Position numbers and translations under genes: made by a program
Assembly (NCBI GenBank): GCA_028864975.1
Contig: JAGWLG010000016.1
Location: 8,034 to 72,033, forward strand
DNA from: Thermoplasmata archaeon
GTDB lineage: Archaea > Thermoplasmatota > Thermoplasmata > Lutacidiplasmatales > UBA184
Length of the DNA stretch: 64,000 nucleotides
Direction: 5' to 3'
Shown here: positions 1 through 11,500 of the stretch, in pieces
Position numbering within the stretch: position 1 is the first letter of the stretch
Layout of the letters: each line of letters opens with the position of its first letter
The notes under the pieces: model-generated
Told to the model about the DNA's origin: nothing
Databases searched by the model: none
Seen by the model: only the letters and a program-made list of their open reading frames with translations

Positions 1-235
1 AGGAGGCGAGGGGAACGAACCTTGAGTCGGGGACCGGGACCCCTCGATGCGCAGCAGCTCCGACCGCCGAGAACGGGACGGTCCCAAGGACCAGGACGGC
101 CAAGATTAAGCCCACACGCACGGCGGTCGCTCTTGGGGGCAGTTCACCGCTCCGGGTCTTCACGGGCTCCGTGCTCCACCCCCCTTACGATGCTACAGCG
201 TCGCACGGACGTTCCTGACTATTTCCTTCTTCGCC

Positions 236-1225
236 ATGATGGGACGCAAGAGGAGGGATCGGATGCCAGGAGGTACGATGCCCCGCGGGGCACGGTCGGG
301 GGAGAGGTCGCCTGTGACTCCCCTCGAAGTGCTCCTGGAACGGACGAAAGGTCCGCCGTTTCCCCTGCCTCCCTTGCTGCGTGGATGGTACGGTCCTCTG
401 CGGCTCCAAGCTCGTCGTGGTCGGCCTTGCGTCTACGCGAACCTCGCGTGCACCCTTGACGGAGTGGCCTCGTTCGGTGGACGCGGCTCCGGAGGCAGCG
501 ACATCACCGGGCCTTTCCCTCCGGACCGCATGGTGATGGGGCTCCTGCGGGCGGTAGCCGATGCGGTGGTCGTCGGCGCCGGGACCTTTCGAGCGATCCC
601 CCATCACCGCTGGATCGCCTCCCAGATCTATCCACGCCTTGCGGGGACCTTCGCGAGGCTTCGGACCGACCTCGGGCTTCCACCGTACCCTGTGAACGTC
701 ATCGTGAGCGCGAGCGGAGAACTCGATCTCGGGCTGCCCGTCTTCCACACCCCTGGGCTCAAGGTCCTCGTGGTCACGACTCGCGCTGGTGAGGCTCGCC
801 TCACCGCCCGTAGATGGCCGGAGGGGCCCGAGGTGTGGGCCGGGGGTGAAGGTCCGACGTTGCGTGCGAGGACGGTCCTACGCGCGATCTCGCGACACGG
901 CCCGCTTCGCCGGGTCCTTCTCGAAGGAGGGCCCCATCTCCTGGGGAAGTTCCTCAAGGAAGGGCTCCTGGATGACCTGTTCCTGACCGTGGCACCTCAG
1001 GTCGGCGGTCGCTCCGACGCGGCGCGGCGAGTTTCCCTCGTCGAGGATGCGGCCTTCGGACCCGACCGACCGCTCTGGGCCGAGCTCCGTTCGGTCCGGA
1101 GCTCCCGCGACCACCTCTTCTTGAGATACGCCACGAACTCGGGTGGGCGCAGGGGAGGATGGACGGGCGCGGTCCCCTCGGGTGCGCCCCCAACACGAGG
1201 TCCGAAGGGCCCTCCTAGGGGCTAA
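236..1225 (+). CDS. RibD C-terminal-domain (pyrimidine reductase/dihydrofolate reductase-like) family protein
   Basis: Motifs YANLACTLDG, DRMVMGLLRAVADAVVVGAGT and VLLEGGPHLLGKFL..GLLDDLFLTVAPQ are typical of RibD_C. No deaminase domain. Confidence 0.85.
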   Translation: MMGRKRRDRMPGGTMPRGARSGERSPVTPLEVLLERTKGPPFPLPPLLRGWYGPLRLQARRGRPCVYANLACTLDGVASFGGRGSGGSDITGPFPPDRMVMGLLRAVADAVVVGAGTFRAIPHHRWIASQIYPRLAGTFARLRTDLGLPPYPVNVIVSASGELDLGLPVFHTPGLKVLVVTTRAGEARLTARRWPEGPEVWAGGEGPTLRARTVLRAISRHGPLRRVLLEGGPHLLGKFLKEGLLDDLFLTVAPQVGGRSDAARRVSLVEDAAFGPDRPLWAELRSVRSSRDHLFLRYATNSGGRRGGWTGAVPSGAPPTRGPKGPPRG

Positions 1226-1243
1226 GTGGGAGGCCGCCCCCCC

Positions 1244-2560
1244 ATGGCGATGGGCGAGGGTCCTCCTGTCGAAGGGCCCAAGCTCCGAAGGGCCATCGGA
1301 CCGCGTCATGCCTTCGCCCTGTACGTGAGCTCGGTGCTGGGGACCGGGATCCTCGTCCTACCGGGGCTGGCCGGGCAGATCGCGGGACCCGGCTCGCTCA
1401 TCGCCTGGGGCGTGTTGGCCCTGGCGAGCCTTCCGTTCGCGATCACCTTCGCCTCGCTCTCGGCCCGTTCGCCGGAATCGGGGGGCGTCTACGCGTTCAC
1501 CCGCGAGGCTCTGGGCCGCGGGGTCGCGACCTCCACCGGCTGGCTCTTCGGACTGTGGGCCCTCGCCGGCGTGCCCGCGGTCGCGCTCATCGCCGCCTCC
1601 TACGTCGCGTACGCGTTCCCGCTCGGACGGCCTCTCACTTTCGCGCTCGGTTTCGCGATCGTCGCGGTCGCCTACCTGATCAACTATCGCGGGATCGTGC
1701 TCAGCAGCCGGGTCCAGCTCGGGGCCATCGTCGCCGTTGTGGCGTTGCTGGCGACGGTGGTGATCCTCGCCCTTCCCCACGTTCGAGCGTCCAACTTCGA
1801 GCCGTTCCTGCCGAACGGCCTGCTTCCGGTCGGCACGGCCGCCTCCCTGATCTTCTGGTCCTTCTTGGGCTACGAGAACGTCTCGAACGTCGCAGAAGAG
1901 TTCGAGGACCCTGCGCGCGACTTTCCTCGGGCCGTCGCGTTGAGCGTGGTCGTGGTCGGGGCGTTCTACTTCGCCGTCGCTTTTGTGACGGTGGGGACCC
2001 GCGCCTACGCCGCCGGAGGGAGCGTCGCGCCCTTCGCGGCCATCCTCGGGCACGCCCTGGGCCCCTACGCCGCCGATGGGACTGCGCTGCTCGCGGTGGG
2101 GATCGTCTTCGCCGTCGTCAACGCTTACACGACGGGGATGTCCCGCGTCGCCTTTGCGGTGGCCTGCGATGGCGGATACCCGTCGTGGCTCGCCCATCTG
2201 GACCCCAAGACGCGAGCGCCTGGCCGAGCGCTCTTGGCCATCCTGGGATGTTCCGGGGCCTCCTTCGTCGTCTTCTACCTGGTGAACGCCACGCTCACGA
2301 CCGCCCTGCTGACCGCGAGCGGAGCCGCGATCCTGGTCTATGTGTTCGGTTCACTTTCGGGTCTGCGGATACGCCCTCCCGTAGGCCAGAAGGGCCACCG
2401 CCCCTGGTGGCCGCCCGCCATCTCGCTCGTGCTGTCGCTCATCATCCTCCCCTTTGTCGGCCCGCTCGCGCTGGTGGCCGTGGGCGTCGCGGCGATGGGG
2501 TACCTTTACTCCTTTCTCCGAGGTCGGAGGGGCGCATCGGTTCCCCCTGGCCGACGATAG
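1244..2560 (+). CDS. APC-family amino acid permease (YjeH-like)
   Basis: About 12 hydrophobic helices; SVLGTGILVLP, PESGGVYAF, SFLGYENVSNVAEEF motifs. ATG at 1244 preferred over GTG at 1226. Confidence 0.9.
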   Translation: MAMGEGPPVEGPKLRRAIGPRHAFALYVSSVLGTGILVLPGLAGQIAGPGSLIAWGVLALASLPFAITFASLSARSPESGGVYAFTREALGRGVATSTGWLFGLWALAGVPAVALIAASYVAYAFPLGRPLTFALGFAIVAVAYLINYRGIVLSSRVQLGAIVAVVALLATVVILALPHVRASNFEPFLPNGLLPVGTAASLIFWSFLGYENVSNVAEEFEDPARDFPRAVALSVVVVGAFYFAVAFVTVGTRAYAAGGSVAPFAAILGHALGPYAADGTALLAVGIVFAVVNAYTTGMSRVAFAVACDGGYPSWLAHLDPKTRAPGRALLAILGCSGASFVVFYLVNATLTTALLTASGAAILVYVFGSLSGLRIRPPVGQKGHRPWWPPAISLVLSLIILPFVGPLALVAVGVAAMGYLYSFLRGRRGASVPPGRR

Positions 2561-2630
2561 CCCTCGGGCGGGCGCTGTGGTGAGAGGCCCGACCGAGAGC
2601 GCCGGGTTCCGGCGTCTGCGCCATCGAAGG

Positions 2631-2640
2631 AGGGTTATAC
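2631..2640 (+). promoter_or_regulatory. Archaeal BRE/TATA-like promoter for a leaderless GH25 gene
   Basis: Purine-rich GAAGGAGGG followed by TTATAC (2635-2640), about 25 bp before ATG 2662, in a very GC-rich context. Confidence 0.55.
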
Positions 2641-2661
2641 CGGGCTGCCGTTGAGAGGGGC

Positions 2662-5193
2662 ATGGGCCACCGCGGCGGCGCGCCGTGTGGGGTACCTCGA
2701 GCGGTCCACCGGGAACCTCGGGACCTCTTCGTCGGCGTCGTGGTGCTCGTGGGGGTCGTCGCTCTCCTGGTCCTTCCGGGGGCGTTGGCCGCCCCTTCGG
2801 TGCGCGTCGCTACCCCCTCGCCCGTTCCGGCGTTCCACGGGGGGACCTCGTCCGTCCTGGGGTCTCCTCGAACTCCTCTCACCCGACTGAACGGGGTCGA
2901 CGTGTCCAGCTACCAGGGCGGGATCAATTGGAACAGCGTCGCATCGGACGGGATCGTCTTTGCCTTCACCAAGGCGACCCAGGGCGACTACTACATCGAC
3001 TCGACCTTCGCTCCGAACGAGCAGAACGGGCACGCGGCCGGGGTCTACGTGGGCGGCTACGACTTCGCTGACCCGGTCAACGTCGGGGCCGTGACGGAGG
3101 CCAACTATTTCGACAGCGTCGCGGGTCCCTACTTCAAGACCGGGTTCCTCTATCCTGCCCTCGACCTCGAGCAGGGATGCGGGACGCTCAGCGTCACCGC
3201 GCTCTCCGACTGGACGAACACGTGGATGAGGACGGTCCAGTCCTACATCTCCGCCCACGGGTTCAACATCGTTCCGATCGTCTACATGAACAGCAACTAC
3301 GCCAACAACTGTGTCGATTCCTCGGTGGCCCAGTGGCACCTCTGGATCGCCGACTACTGCGGGGGATGCAACCCGAGCACCGGGGTCTTCCCATACTGGA
3401 ACTTCTACCAGTACTACGACTGCGGGTCCATCTCCGGGATCGGAGGCTGCGTCGATGTCGACTGGTTCGGCGGGGACCTCTCCGCGCTCCAGGGAGGCTT
3501 CGTCTTCGGTACGCCCCCCCTGACCGCGAGCTACTCGGTGGTGGACCGCACCACGGGGAAATCCCTCTACTGCGGCGATAGCTTCGCCTCGGGCGACACG
3601 ATCCAGTTCACGGGTAGCGCTTCGGGAGGCTCGCCGGGGTACTCGTTCGCGTGGGACTTCGGGGACGGAACGACCGGTTCCGGGAACCCCGTCAATCACG
3701 TTTACAACATGGTGGGGACGGTGAATCCCATCCTCACGGTCACGGACTCCAAGGGGGCGACCGCCAAGTCTGGGAGCGGGTGCGATTTCACGGTCACCGG
3801 GACCCCGGTGACCTTCTACACCCAGCCCCCCGGCGCGGCGACGATCCTCCTGGCGGGGAACCCGTACACGAACGGGCAGTCGACGATCCTCGTGCCGGGT
3901 CACAGCTATTCGCTGACCTTCGGCGCCTCCCCGTCCTACATCTTCTCCGGATGGAACTGGACGGGAGGGGTCACGATCTCTTCGCCGCTCTCCACATCGA
4001 CGACGCTCACCGTCACGAGCACCACGCCTGCGACGGTCACCGTCTCGTTCGTGACCCGGAGCTCGATCTACTTCCTGAGCTCTCCCAACGACAAGGCCTC
4101 GGTCGAGATCGGGGGGAGCATCTACAACAGCGGGCAGAACGTGACCGCCTCCGTCGGCACCCCGTACCCCCTGCTCGCCCTTCCGAACCCTGGCTACGTC
4201 TTCGTCCAATGGCAGGTCACGGGGACCGGCATCCAGGTCCAGTCTCCCGACCAAGCTTCCACGAACCTGACGGTCCTTTCCGCTGCATCCTCGACGCTGA
4301 CGGAGGTCGTCCTCTGGAACGTGCCGAAGGCTCCGACGGACCTGAACGTGATCGGGGCAACGAGCTCGTCGCTCACGCTCACTTGGGATCCGCCCCCCGG
4401 TGACCTCAGCGGCTACACCCTGGGGAGCAGCACGGGGGCGAGCCCCCCCAGTGGGATCGGCGGATTCCAGCTGACCTCCTTCGGAGGAGCGGGAAGCTCC
4501 TACGTCTTCACCGGGCTCGAGCCCCAGACGAAGTACTGGTTGTCGCTGGCAGGGGTGAACTCCACGGGGCAAGGTGGCTGGAGCGCCTGGACCTGGGGGA
4601 CCACCCTCGCTCTCCCGCAGCCCCCATCGGACCTGGTCGTGGACCGCCGCGGGAGCACCTGGGCCTACCTCTCGTGGCTGACACCGACCGGGGGGGCCTC
4701 GATCGGAAGCTATACTCTGAACTGTTCCACGAGTACCCCCGGGGCCTCCGACCGGATCGTCCCCGAAATCCCCACAAGTTCGACCGTCTACAACGCGACG
4801 GGGTTGACGGCAGGTGCGCATTATTCGTGCTTCCTGGTCTCGGTCTCAGGGGCGTACACGAGCCCGCCCTCCAACGACGCCGCCTTCACGCTCACCGGAG
4901 GAGCCGCCCCGCCTCCCTCGAACGGTGGCGGAGCTTGGTGGGAGGGCGTGGGGGCCTGGCTCCGGGGGACGCTCCGACCCCCGTTCGTCCTCGGCTGGGC
5001 GCTGGTCGCCGGGGCCGTGGTCGCCGCGGTGGGACTGCTCCTCTTGCGCAAGGGACGACATCACGGCGATGAGGACGACGCCGCGCTCGCGGAGGCTTTG
5101 GCCCGCCCCGAGCCTCCCGGCACGGTGGAACCGACCGGAAGTACGACCAAGGAACTCGAGGAGACTCGCCCGGGGCCCCCTGCCGGAAGCTGA
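2662..5193 (+). CDS. Membrane-anchored GH25 lysozyme/muramidase with PKD, Ig-like repeats, 2x fibronectin type III and C-terminal TM
   Basis: Signal peptide; GVDVSSYQGGINW, FAFTKATQG, PALDLE, LWIADY, FYQY and VDVDWF GH25 motifs; WDFGDG PKD; two FN3 domains (APTDLNV..SLTLTWDPP; PPSDLVV..AYLSWLTP); TM followed by RKGRHH. Confidence 0.92.
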   Translation: MGHRGGAPCGVPRAVHREPRDLFVGVVVLVGVVALLVLPGALAAPSVRVATPSPVPAFHGGTSSVLGSPRTPLTRLNGVDVSSYQGGINWNSVASDGIVFAFTKATQGDYYIDSTFAPNEQNGHAAGVYVGGYDFADPVNVGAVTEANYFDSVAGPYFKTGFLYPALDLEQGCGTLSVTALSDWTNTWMRTVQSYISAHGFNIVPIVYMNSNYANNCVDSSVAQWHLWIADYCGGCNPSTGVFPYWNFYQYYDCGSISGIGGCVDVDWFGGDLSALQGGFVFGTPPLTASYSVVDRTTGKSLYCGDSFASGDTIQFTGSASGGSPGYSFAWDFGDGTTGSGNPVNHVYNMVGTVNPILTVTDSKGATAKSGSGCDFTVTGTPVTFYTQPPGAATILLAGNPYTNGQSTILVPGHSYSLTFGASPSYIFSGWNWTGGVTISSPLSTSTTLTVTSTTPATVTVSFVTRSSIYFLSSPNDKASVEIGGSIYNSGQNVTASVGTPYPLLALPNPGYVFVQWQVTGTGIQVQSPDQASTNLTVLSAASSTLTEVVLWNVPKAPTDLNVIGATSSSLTLTWDPPPGDLSGYTLGSSTGASPPSGIGGFQLTSFGGAGSSYVFTGLEPQTKYWLSLAGVNSTGQGGWSAWTWGTTLALPQPPSDLVVDRRGSTWAYLSWLTPTGGASIGSYTLNCSTSTPGASDRIVPEIPTSSTVYNATGLTAGAHYSCFLVSVSGAYTSPPSNDAAFTLTGGAAPPPSNGGGAWWEGVGAWLRGTLRPPFVLGWALVAGAVVAAVGLLLLRKGRHHGDEDDAALAEALARPEPPGTVEPTGSTTKELEETRPGPPAGS

Positions 5194-5536
5194 GCGCTCG
5201 TTCCAGACTTCGCGCCGACCCTCGGTGCGCGACGGGAGGCCCCCGCACGGAGCTCCTTCAGTGCAACCCCCACCCGGCGCCCCGAGAGGTCTTTCCCGTT
5301 CCGAGCCCATCTTCAGGGGGGGCGATGACCCACGTGCCGACCATCTGGCAATGGAGGAGACAGGCCGTGAAGGGGGATGGTCATCGAGCGGAAAGGGTCC
5401 TGCTCGAGTGGCCGTCCATGGACTCGAGCGGATTGCGCCATCGGGTTCCGCGAGCCGACCGGATTGCGGGGGTGACGGTCCTTGAGGACTCGCGGCTCCT
5501 CCTGGAGCGCTGGGTCGAGCGAGATCGGGGACCACC

Positions 5537-8500
5537 GTGGTGGCCAGAACGCTCATTTACCACATGATTGGATGCGCACCCATGTACCACGGGCATCGCT
5601 CGCGGGTCCACCCCTCCAACGATGAGATCGCCACGGCTAGGAAGCTCTACAGGTCCGTGAGGGGGCCGCTCGGCCCACGAGGTTGCGCCCTCGCGTCGCT
5701 CGTGGTCCTTCTCATGGGGATCCCCCTCCTTCCGACCGCCACCGACGTCGGGGGCGCCGTGCGATCCCCTAGCGGCCACCTTGGCGACCCTACCTCGGCG
5801 GCTCTGATCGTCAAGGGGCCCGCCTCGCTGCTCGACGGACGCGCGGCGTCCACCGCCTCGACTCTGACCTCTCTGCCCTCCTCCTCCCCCTCTGGCTCCT
5901 CCTCGTCCGTCCCTCGATCCGGCCCTTCCGCCTCGACCCCACCCGCCTCCTCTGGCTCCCCCCTTACGGCGAGCGGTGGTTCGGTCGCTTCCGCGACACC
6001 CTCCCCCACGTCGAGCGCGGGAACCGAGCTCCTCCAAGGAGCTCAACGCTCGCTCGAACAAGGACAGGGGCCGGCCCGGGGCACCGCGTGGAACTGTGGT
6101 CAGCCCGCGGGAGGGGGGAGCGAGAGCTGTGCCGCCAGCTCTGGGTCTTCCGCCGACGTCCTCTCGGCCCCTTCGAACCCCAGTTGGGCCTTGCTCGGGA
6201 CCCCCTCCCCCCGTTTGGGGGCGACAATGGCCTTCGACCAGGCGGACAACGAGGTCGTCCTGTTCGGCGGCGAGAACTCGGCGGCGCAGGGGGACACGTG
6301 GACCTTCCGCGCGGGCAGCTGGAGCCCGGTGGTCACGCCGGTAGAACCGACCCCTCGCGGGTACGCCAGCATGGCGTACGATGTGGCCGACGGGTACGTC
6401 CTCCTCTTCGGCGGGGTCGCCCCAGGGGCCGGGTACCTTCAGGACACCTGGACGTTCAGTGCGGGCTCTTGGACCAAGCTCGCCTCCGCGACCTCTCCCG
6501 GGGTCCGCATCGCCGCCTCGATGTCCTACGACGCGGCCGACGGATACCTGGTGCTCTTCGGCGGGAAGGGGTGTTCCACCGCGAGCAGTTGTGCGGCGAC
6601 AGACCTTCAGGACACCTGGAAGTTCGTCGGTGGGGTCTGGGCGGAGCTCTTCCCCGCAAGCTCCCCCGGGATCCGGGAGTTCTCGATGGTGGGGTACGAC
6701 GCTTACGACGGTTACGTGCTTCTCTTCGGAGGATATGGGTGCACGACCGGGAGCTCTTGCTCGGAGGGGCTCCTGCAGGACACTTGGTCCTACAAGGCCG
6801 GGACCTGGAGCTTGGTCACCGGGAGCACGCCCCCGGGAACGCGGGAGGCCGCGGCGCTCGCTTACGACCCCACGATGAGCGGGCTCATCTTGGTCGGGGG
6901 GGACGGCTGCAGCACGGGGAACGCGTGCGCATCGTACTACCTCCAGGACACCTGGCTGTACCTCAAGGGGGCGTGGTCGCAGCTTACGCCGAACGCGGTC
7001 CCTGGGATCCGGGACCTGATGCCCATGGCCTACGATGGCGTGGACGGTTATCTCCTCCTGTTCGGCGGGCTCGGCTGTTCCGATGCCTCCTCTCCGTGCC
7101 CGATCTCCTACCTCCAGGACAGCTGGGTCTTCGCGGCGGGCACCTGGACCGAGCTCACCTCCCCCTCCTCCTCTCCCGGGGTCCGGGGGATCGCGACGCT
7201 GGCCTACGACCCTATTGACGGCTACGTGCTCCTCTTTGGCGGGTATGGCTGCGTCGTCGGGAGCACGTGCACCGCGGGGGATCTCGGGGACACCTGGACG
7301 TTCCAGGCCGGGACCTGGACCGAGCTCTTCCCGAACCCGTCGCCGGGGGCCCGGGACGGGTCGGCGCTGGTCTACGACGCGGCCGACGGGTACATGTTGC
7401 TCTTCGGGGGATACGGTTGCAACACGGGGAGCACCTGCACGCTCGCCGACCAGCAGGACACCTGGACGTGGGCGGGAGGAAGTTGGACGCAGCTCGCGCC
7501 GCCAGCTCCTCCGGGGGCGCGCGTCGCGCCCGCGATGAGCTACGACCCCACCGATGGCTACGTCCTCCTGTTCGGAGGGTACGGTTGCACGACCGGAAAT
7601 ACCGGTTGCACGTCGTTCCTTTCGGACACCTGGGACTTCCGAGGGGGAACGTGGACCCAGCTCGCGCGCATCGGTCCCCCACAGCGCTACATCGCGTCGA
7701 TCGCCGACGACGCGGCGGACGGCTACGTCGTCCTGTTCGGGGGTCTGGGATGCGAGAACTATCCCACCTGCTCCGCGTACGGGGAGCTCGCGGACACCTG
7801 GCGCTACGCGGGGAGCGGGAACTGGGTGAACATGACCTCGACGGCGGGGGGGCCACCGCCCGCGCGAGACGGGGCCGGCATGGCCTTCGACACGGCGGAC
7901 AACTATCTCCTCCTCTTCGGCGGCTTCAGCACGACAGGGTCCGACCTCTCGGACAGTTGGAAGTTCCTAGGGGGCAGCTGGACCGCGCTCTCCCCGACCC
8001 TCGCCCCCGGCGTACGACGCTACACCGAGATGGCCTACGACGGGCATGACGGGTTCCTCCTCCTCCTCGGGGGCAACGGCTGCACCTTCGGCACGTCGTG
8101 CGCCGTGAACTGGATGCAGGACTCCTGGGCGTATGGGGCCCCGCTGACGAGCGCTATGGTCGTCGCCTCTTCCGCGAGCCGCGACGTGGGTCAATCGGTG
8201 ACCTTCACCGCCGGGGCGACCGGCGGCGGGAGCGGCTCCTACCAGTTCCTATGGGCAGGGCTCCCCCCTGGGTGCGTTCCGACCTCGCCCGCCCCCGGGG
8301 TCACCTGCGCACCCACGACCGCCGGGACCTTCCAGGTCAGCACGGTGGCCGAGGACTCCACTGGAGCGCCGCAGGCGACCAGCGGGACCCTCGCGTTCAT
8401 GGTCTACAGCGACCCGACAGCCGCTGCGTCGGGATCGACCCCTTCCATCGACCTCGGCCAGTCGGCGACCTTCACCCTTTCCACCTCGGGAGGGTCGGGA

Positions 8501-11500
8501 GGCGATGGCTACGCCTGGAACGGCCTCCCCACAGGCTGTTCCTCCTCGGCGGGCCTTTCCGACACCTGCACGCCCGCGCTCGCCTCCGCCGAGGGGGCCT
8601 GGTCGGTCTCCGCGACGGTCACGGACTCGAACGGGTACTCGGTCAGCTCTGGGGGGGTCGCCCTCACCGTCGACTCCGACCCTTCGGTCGCGGCCCCCTC
8701 CGAGAGCCGCACCGCGCTCGACGTGGGACAGGTCCTGAGCCTCTCGACCACGGTGTCGGGAGGTTCGGGAGGATATGCCTTCACCTGGTCGGGACTCCCG
8801 ACTGGATGCAGCTCGGTGAATGCTCCGTCCCTGAGCTGCTCTCCGAGCGCGGCGGGGGCCTTCTCTTCGATCTCGGTCAGCGCGCTGGACTCGAACGGGG
8901 TGATGGGCGGCTCGCCCATTGCGGCGTCGATCACGGTGTCGGCCTCACTCGTGGTCCCGACACCCACCTCGTCACCCGGGACCCTGGACCTCGGGCAATC
9001 GACCACGCTCGCGCTCTCCCCCTCGGGGGGCCGGGCGCCGTACACGATCAGTTGGTTCGGCGTACCCACCGGATGCACGGCGAGCGGGACGAGCTTCCTT
9101 TGCACGCCGACGGCCACGGGAACGTACTCAGTCTACGCGACGGATGCTGACAGCAACGGCGCCACGGTGACGAGCGGCGCGGTCACGGTCAATGTGCTCG
9201 CCGACCCCCAGATCGTGAGCTTGGCCTCGAACCGTTCGGCCACCGACCTGGGGACCGGATTCACGATCACCGTCCAAGCCATCGACGGCACGGGAAGCTA
9301 CTCCTACACGTGGACCGGGCTCCCGCTCGGTTGTGTCGTCCCTGGCCTTTCGACGATCACCTGCAAGCCGACCGTCGTGGGTCCCTTCACGCTCAGGGTC
9401 TACGTCAACGACAGCACCGGGACGTCGACCAGCCAGACGCTCGCCCTGATGGTCGACAGCGACCCAACGACGACCGCGCCAACGGCGAGCCCTACCTCCC
9501 CGATCGACGCGGGATCGAAGGTCGTCTTCCAGACCACCGCGAGCGGCGGGAGCGGAGGCTACAGCTACACCTGGGTCGGGCTCCCGTCGGCAAGCTGCCC
9601 CGTGGCCATCGGGTCCTCGCTCGAGTGCGACACACTAGGAGTCGGCAACTACTCGGCCTCCGCGCTCGTCCGCGACTCGAACGGGGTCGGTTACGCGAGC
9701 GGCGCGCTCGCCTTCACGGTCCTCCGCGACCCGGTGCTCTCGAATGTCGTCGCGAACCGGACCGCCATCGACGTGGGGGCGCGAGTGATCTTCAACGCGA
9801 CGGCCTACCGGGGGCAGGGTCCGTACAGCTACGACTGGTCCGGTCTCCCGGCGGGGTGCTCGAGCGCGAACACCGCGATGCTTTCCTGCCTCGCGACGGG
9901 GAGCGGGAGCTTCAGCGTGGGGGTCTCGGTGGCCGACGCCGTGGGGGGATCCGCGAGCAGCACCACGCTCGGCTACGTCGTCTACCCCGACCCCTCGCTC
10001 TCCTCGCCCAGCGCGAGCGCGACGACCCTCGACTTGGGACAGTCGGTCGCCTTCTCGACGACCCTCTCTGGAGGGTCGGGGGGCTTCTCCTTCACGTGGA
10101 GCGGGCTCCCCGGCACGTGCTCCGGGACGGGCGGGTCCAGCCCCTCCTGCACCACGACCGCGGCGGGGAACTTCTCCATCATGGTCTCGGGCAAGGACTC
10201 GGCGGGGGCCTGGACCTCGAGCACTTCCCTCGCCGTGAGGGTCCTCAAGGACCCCGGCGTGACGACCCCGACCGCCGTCCCGTCGGCGGTGGACATGGGC
10301 GAGAGCACGACCTTCTTCGGATACGGGTGGGGAGGGGAAGCCCCCTACACCTATTCCTGGTCCGGGCTCCCCGCGGGGTGCACCTCGTCGAGCGCGGCCA
10401 GCCTGAGCTGCACGCCCACCTCGGCCGGAGGCTACACCGTGCAGGTGACGGTGACGGATGCGCTCGTCGTCTCCGCGACGAGCCCGACCCTCACGTTCAC
10501 CGTGTCGGTCGCCCTGGTGGTCTCCCCCGTGACCTTGAGCCCCGGGTCCATCGATGACGGGCAGTCGACCACCTTTTCGACCTCGGCCTCCGGGGGGGTG
10601 GCGCCGTACGTCTACGCCTGGGCCGGACTCCCTTCAGGGTGCCTGAGCGCGAACACCGCCTCGATCCTCTGCACGCCGTCCCCGTCGACCTCCGGCACGT
10701 TCTCCATCGTAGCCTCGGTGCGGGACGCCCATGGGATGAACGTGAGCTCGAGCCTGGCCTCTCTGACCGTTCTCGCGGCGGTGGCGGTGGGCGCCCTCAC
10801 AGCGACGCGGGGTTCCCTCGATGTTGGCCAGGCGACGACCCTCTCGGCGACGGCGGCTGGGGGGACGGGGGTCTACAGCTACACCTGGTCCGGCCTACCG
10901 ACCGGCTGCGGGAGCGTGAACTCGGCCACGCTCACCTGCACGCCCACCGGGTCGGGCACCTTCGCCAGCGTGGGCGTCCGGGCCACGGACACGAACGGCC
11001 AGGGCTCCTCGAGCTCGCCACTCTCCCTCGTGGTCGCTCCTGACCCCACCATCTCGATCCCCACCGCGACGCTCTCTGCCCTCGATGTGGGGCAGACGAC
11101 CACGCTCACCGTGTCAACCACGTCGGGAAGCGGTGGCCCCGTCTACGCGTGGGTCGGGTTGCCGGTGGGTTGCCCGAGCGCCAACGCGTTGAGCGTGGCC
11201 TGTACGCCCGCTTCGGGCGGGACCGGGACCTTCACCGTGAAGGCCTCGGTCGTCGACTCGAACGGCGACAATATCTCCTCCGGACCGCTGACGCTCTACG
11301 TCTACCCCGCGCTCGGCGGCGCAAGCCTCACCGCCACCCGAGGTTCCTTGGACGTGGGAGAGAGCACGACCCTCACCGCCTCCTCCACCGGAGGGTCGGG
11401 GGGCCTCATCTACGCTTGGAGCGGGCTCCCCAGCGGCTGCCCGGGAGGGAACGTGCCGACGGTCGCTTGCGTGCCCACGTCCCCCGGCTCGGTGAGCGTC

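Noticed and set aside
2635-4821. Long antisense and alternate-frame ORFs (also e.g. 11690-13297, 21651-23423, 43134-44876, 45161-47059, 61112-63637, 61911-63719)
   Set aside because: They overlap well-supported genes, translate to Arg/Gly/Pro-rich text without motifs, and are expected shadows of ~70% GC coding sequence.
5325-5567. 80-aa ORF between the GH25 and giant adhesin genes
   Set aside because: No motif, atypical codon use and overlap with the possible start region of the next gene. It cannot be supported or fully excluded.
6203-8140. Diversity-generating retroelement or CRISPR-like origin of the variable loops
   Set aside because: No reverse transcriptase, no near-identical template/variable repeat pair and no fixed repeat-spacer array. 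Repeats differ at synonymous sites like ordinary paralogous blades.
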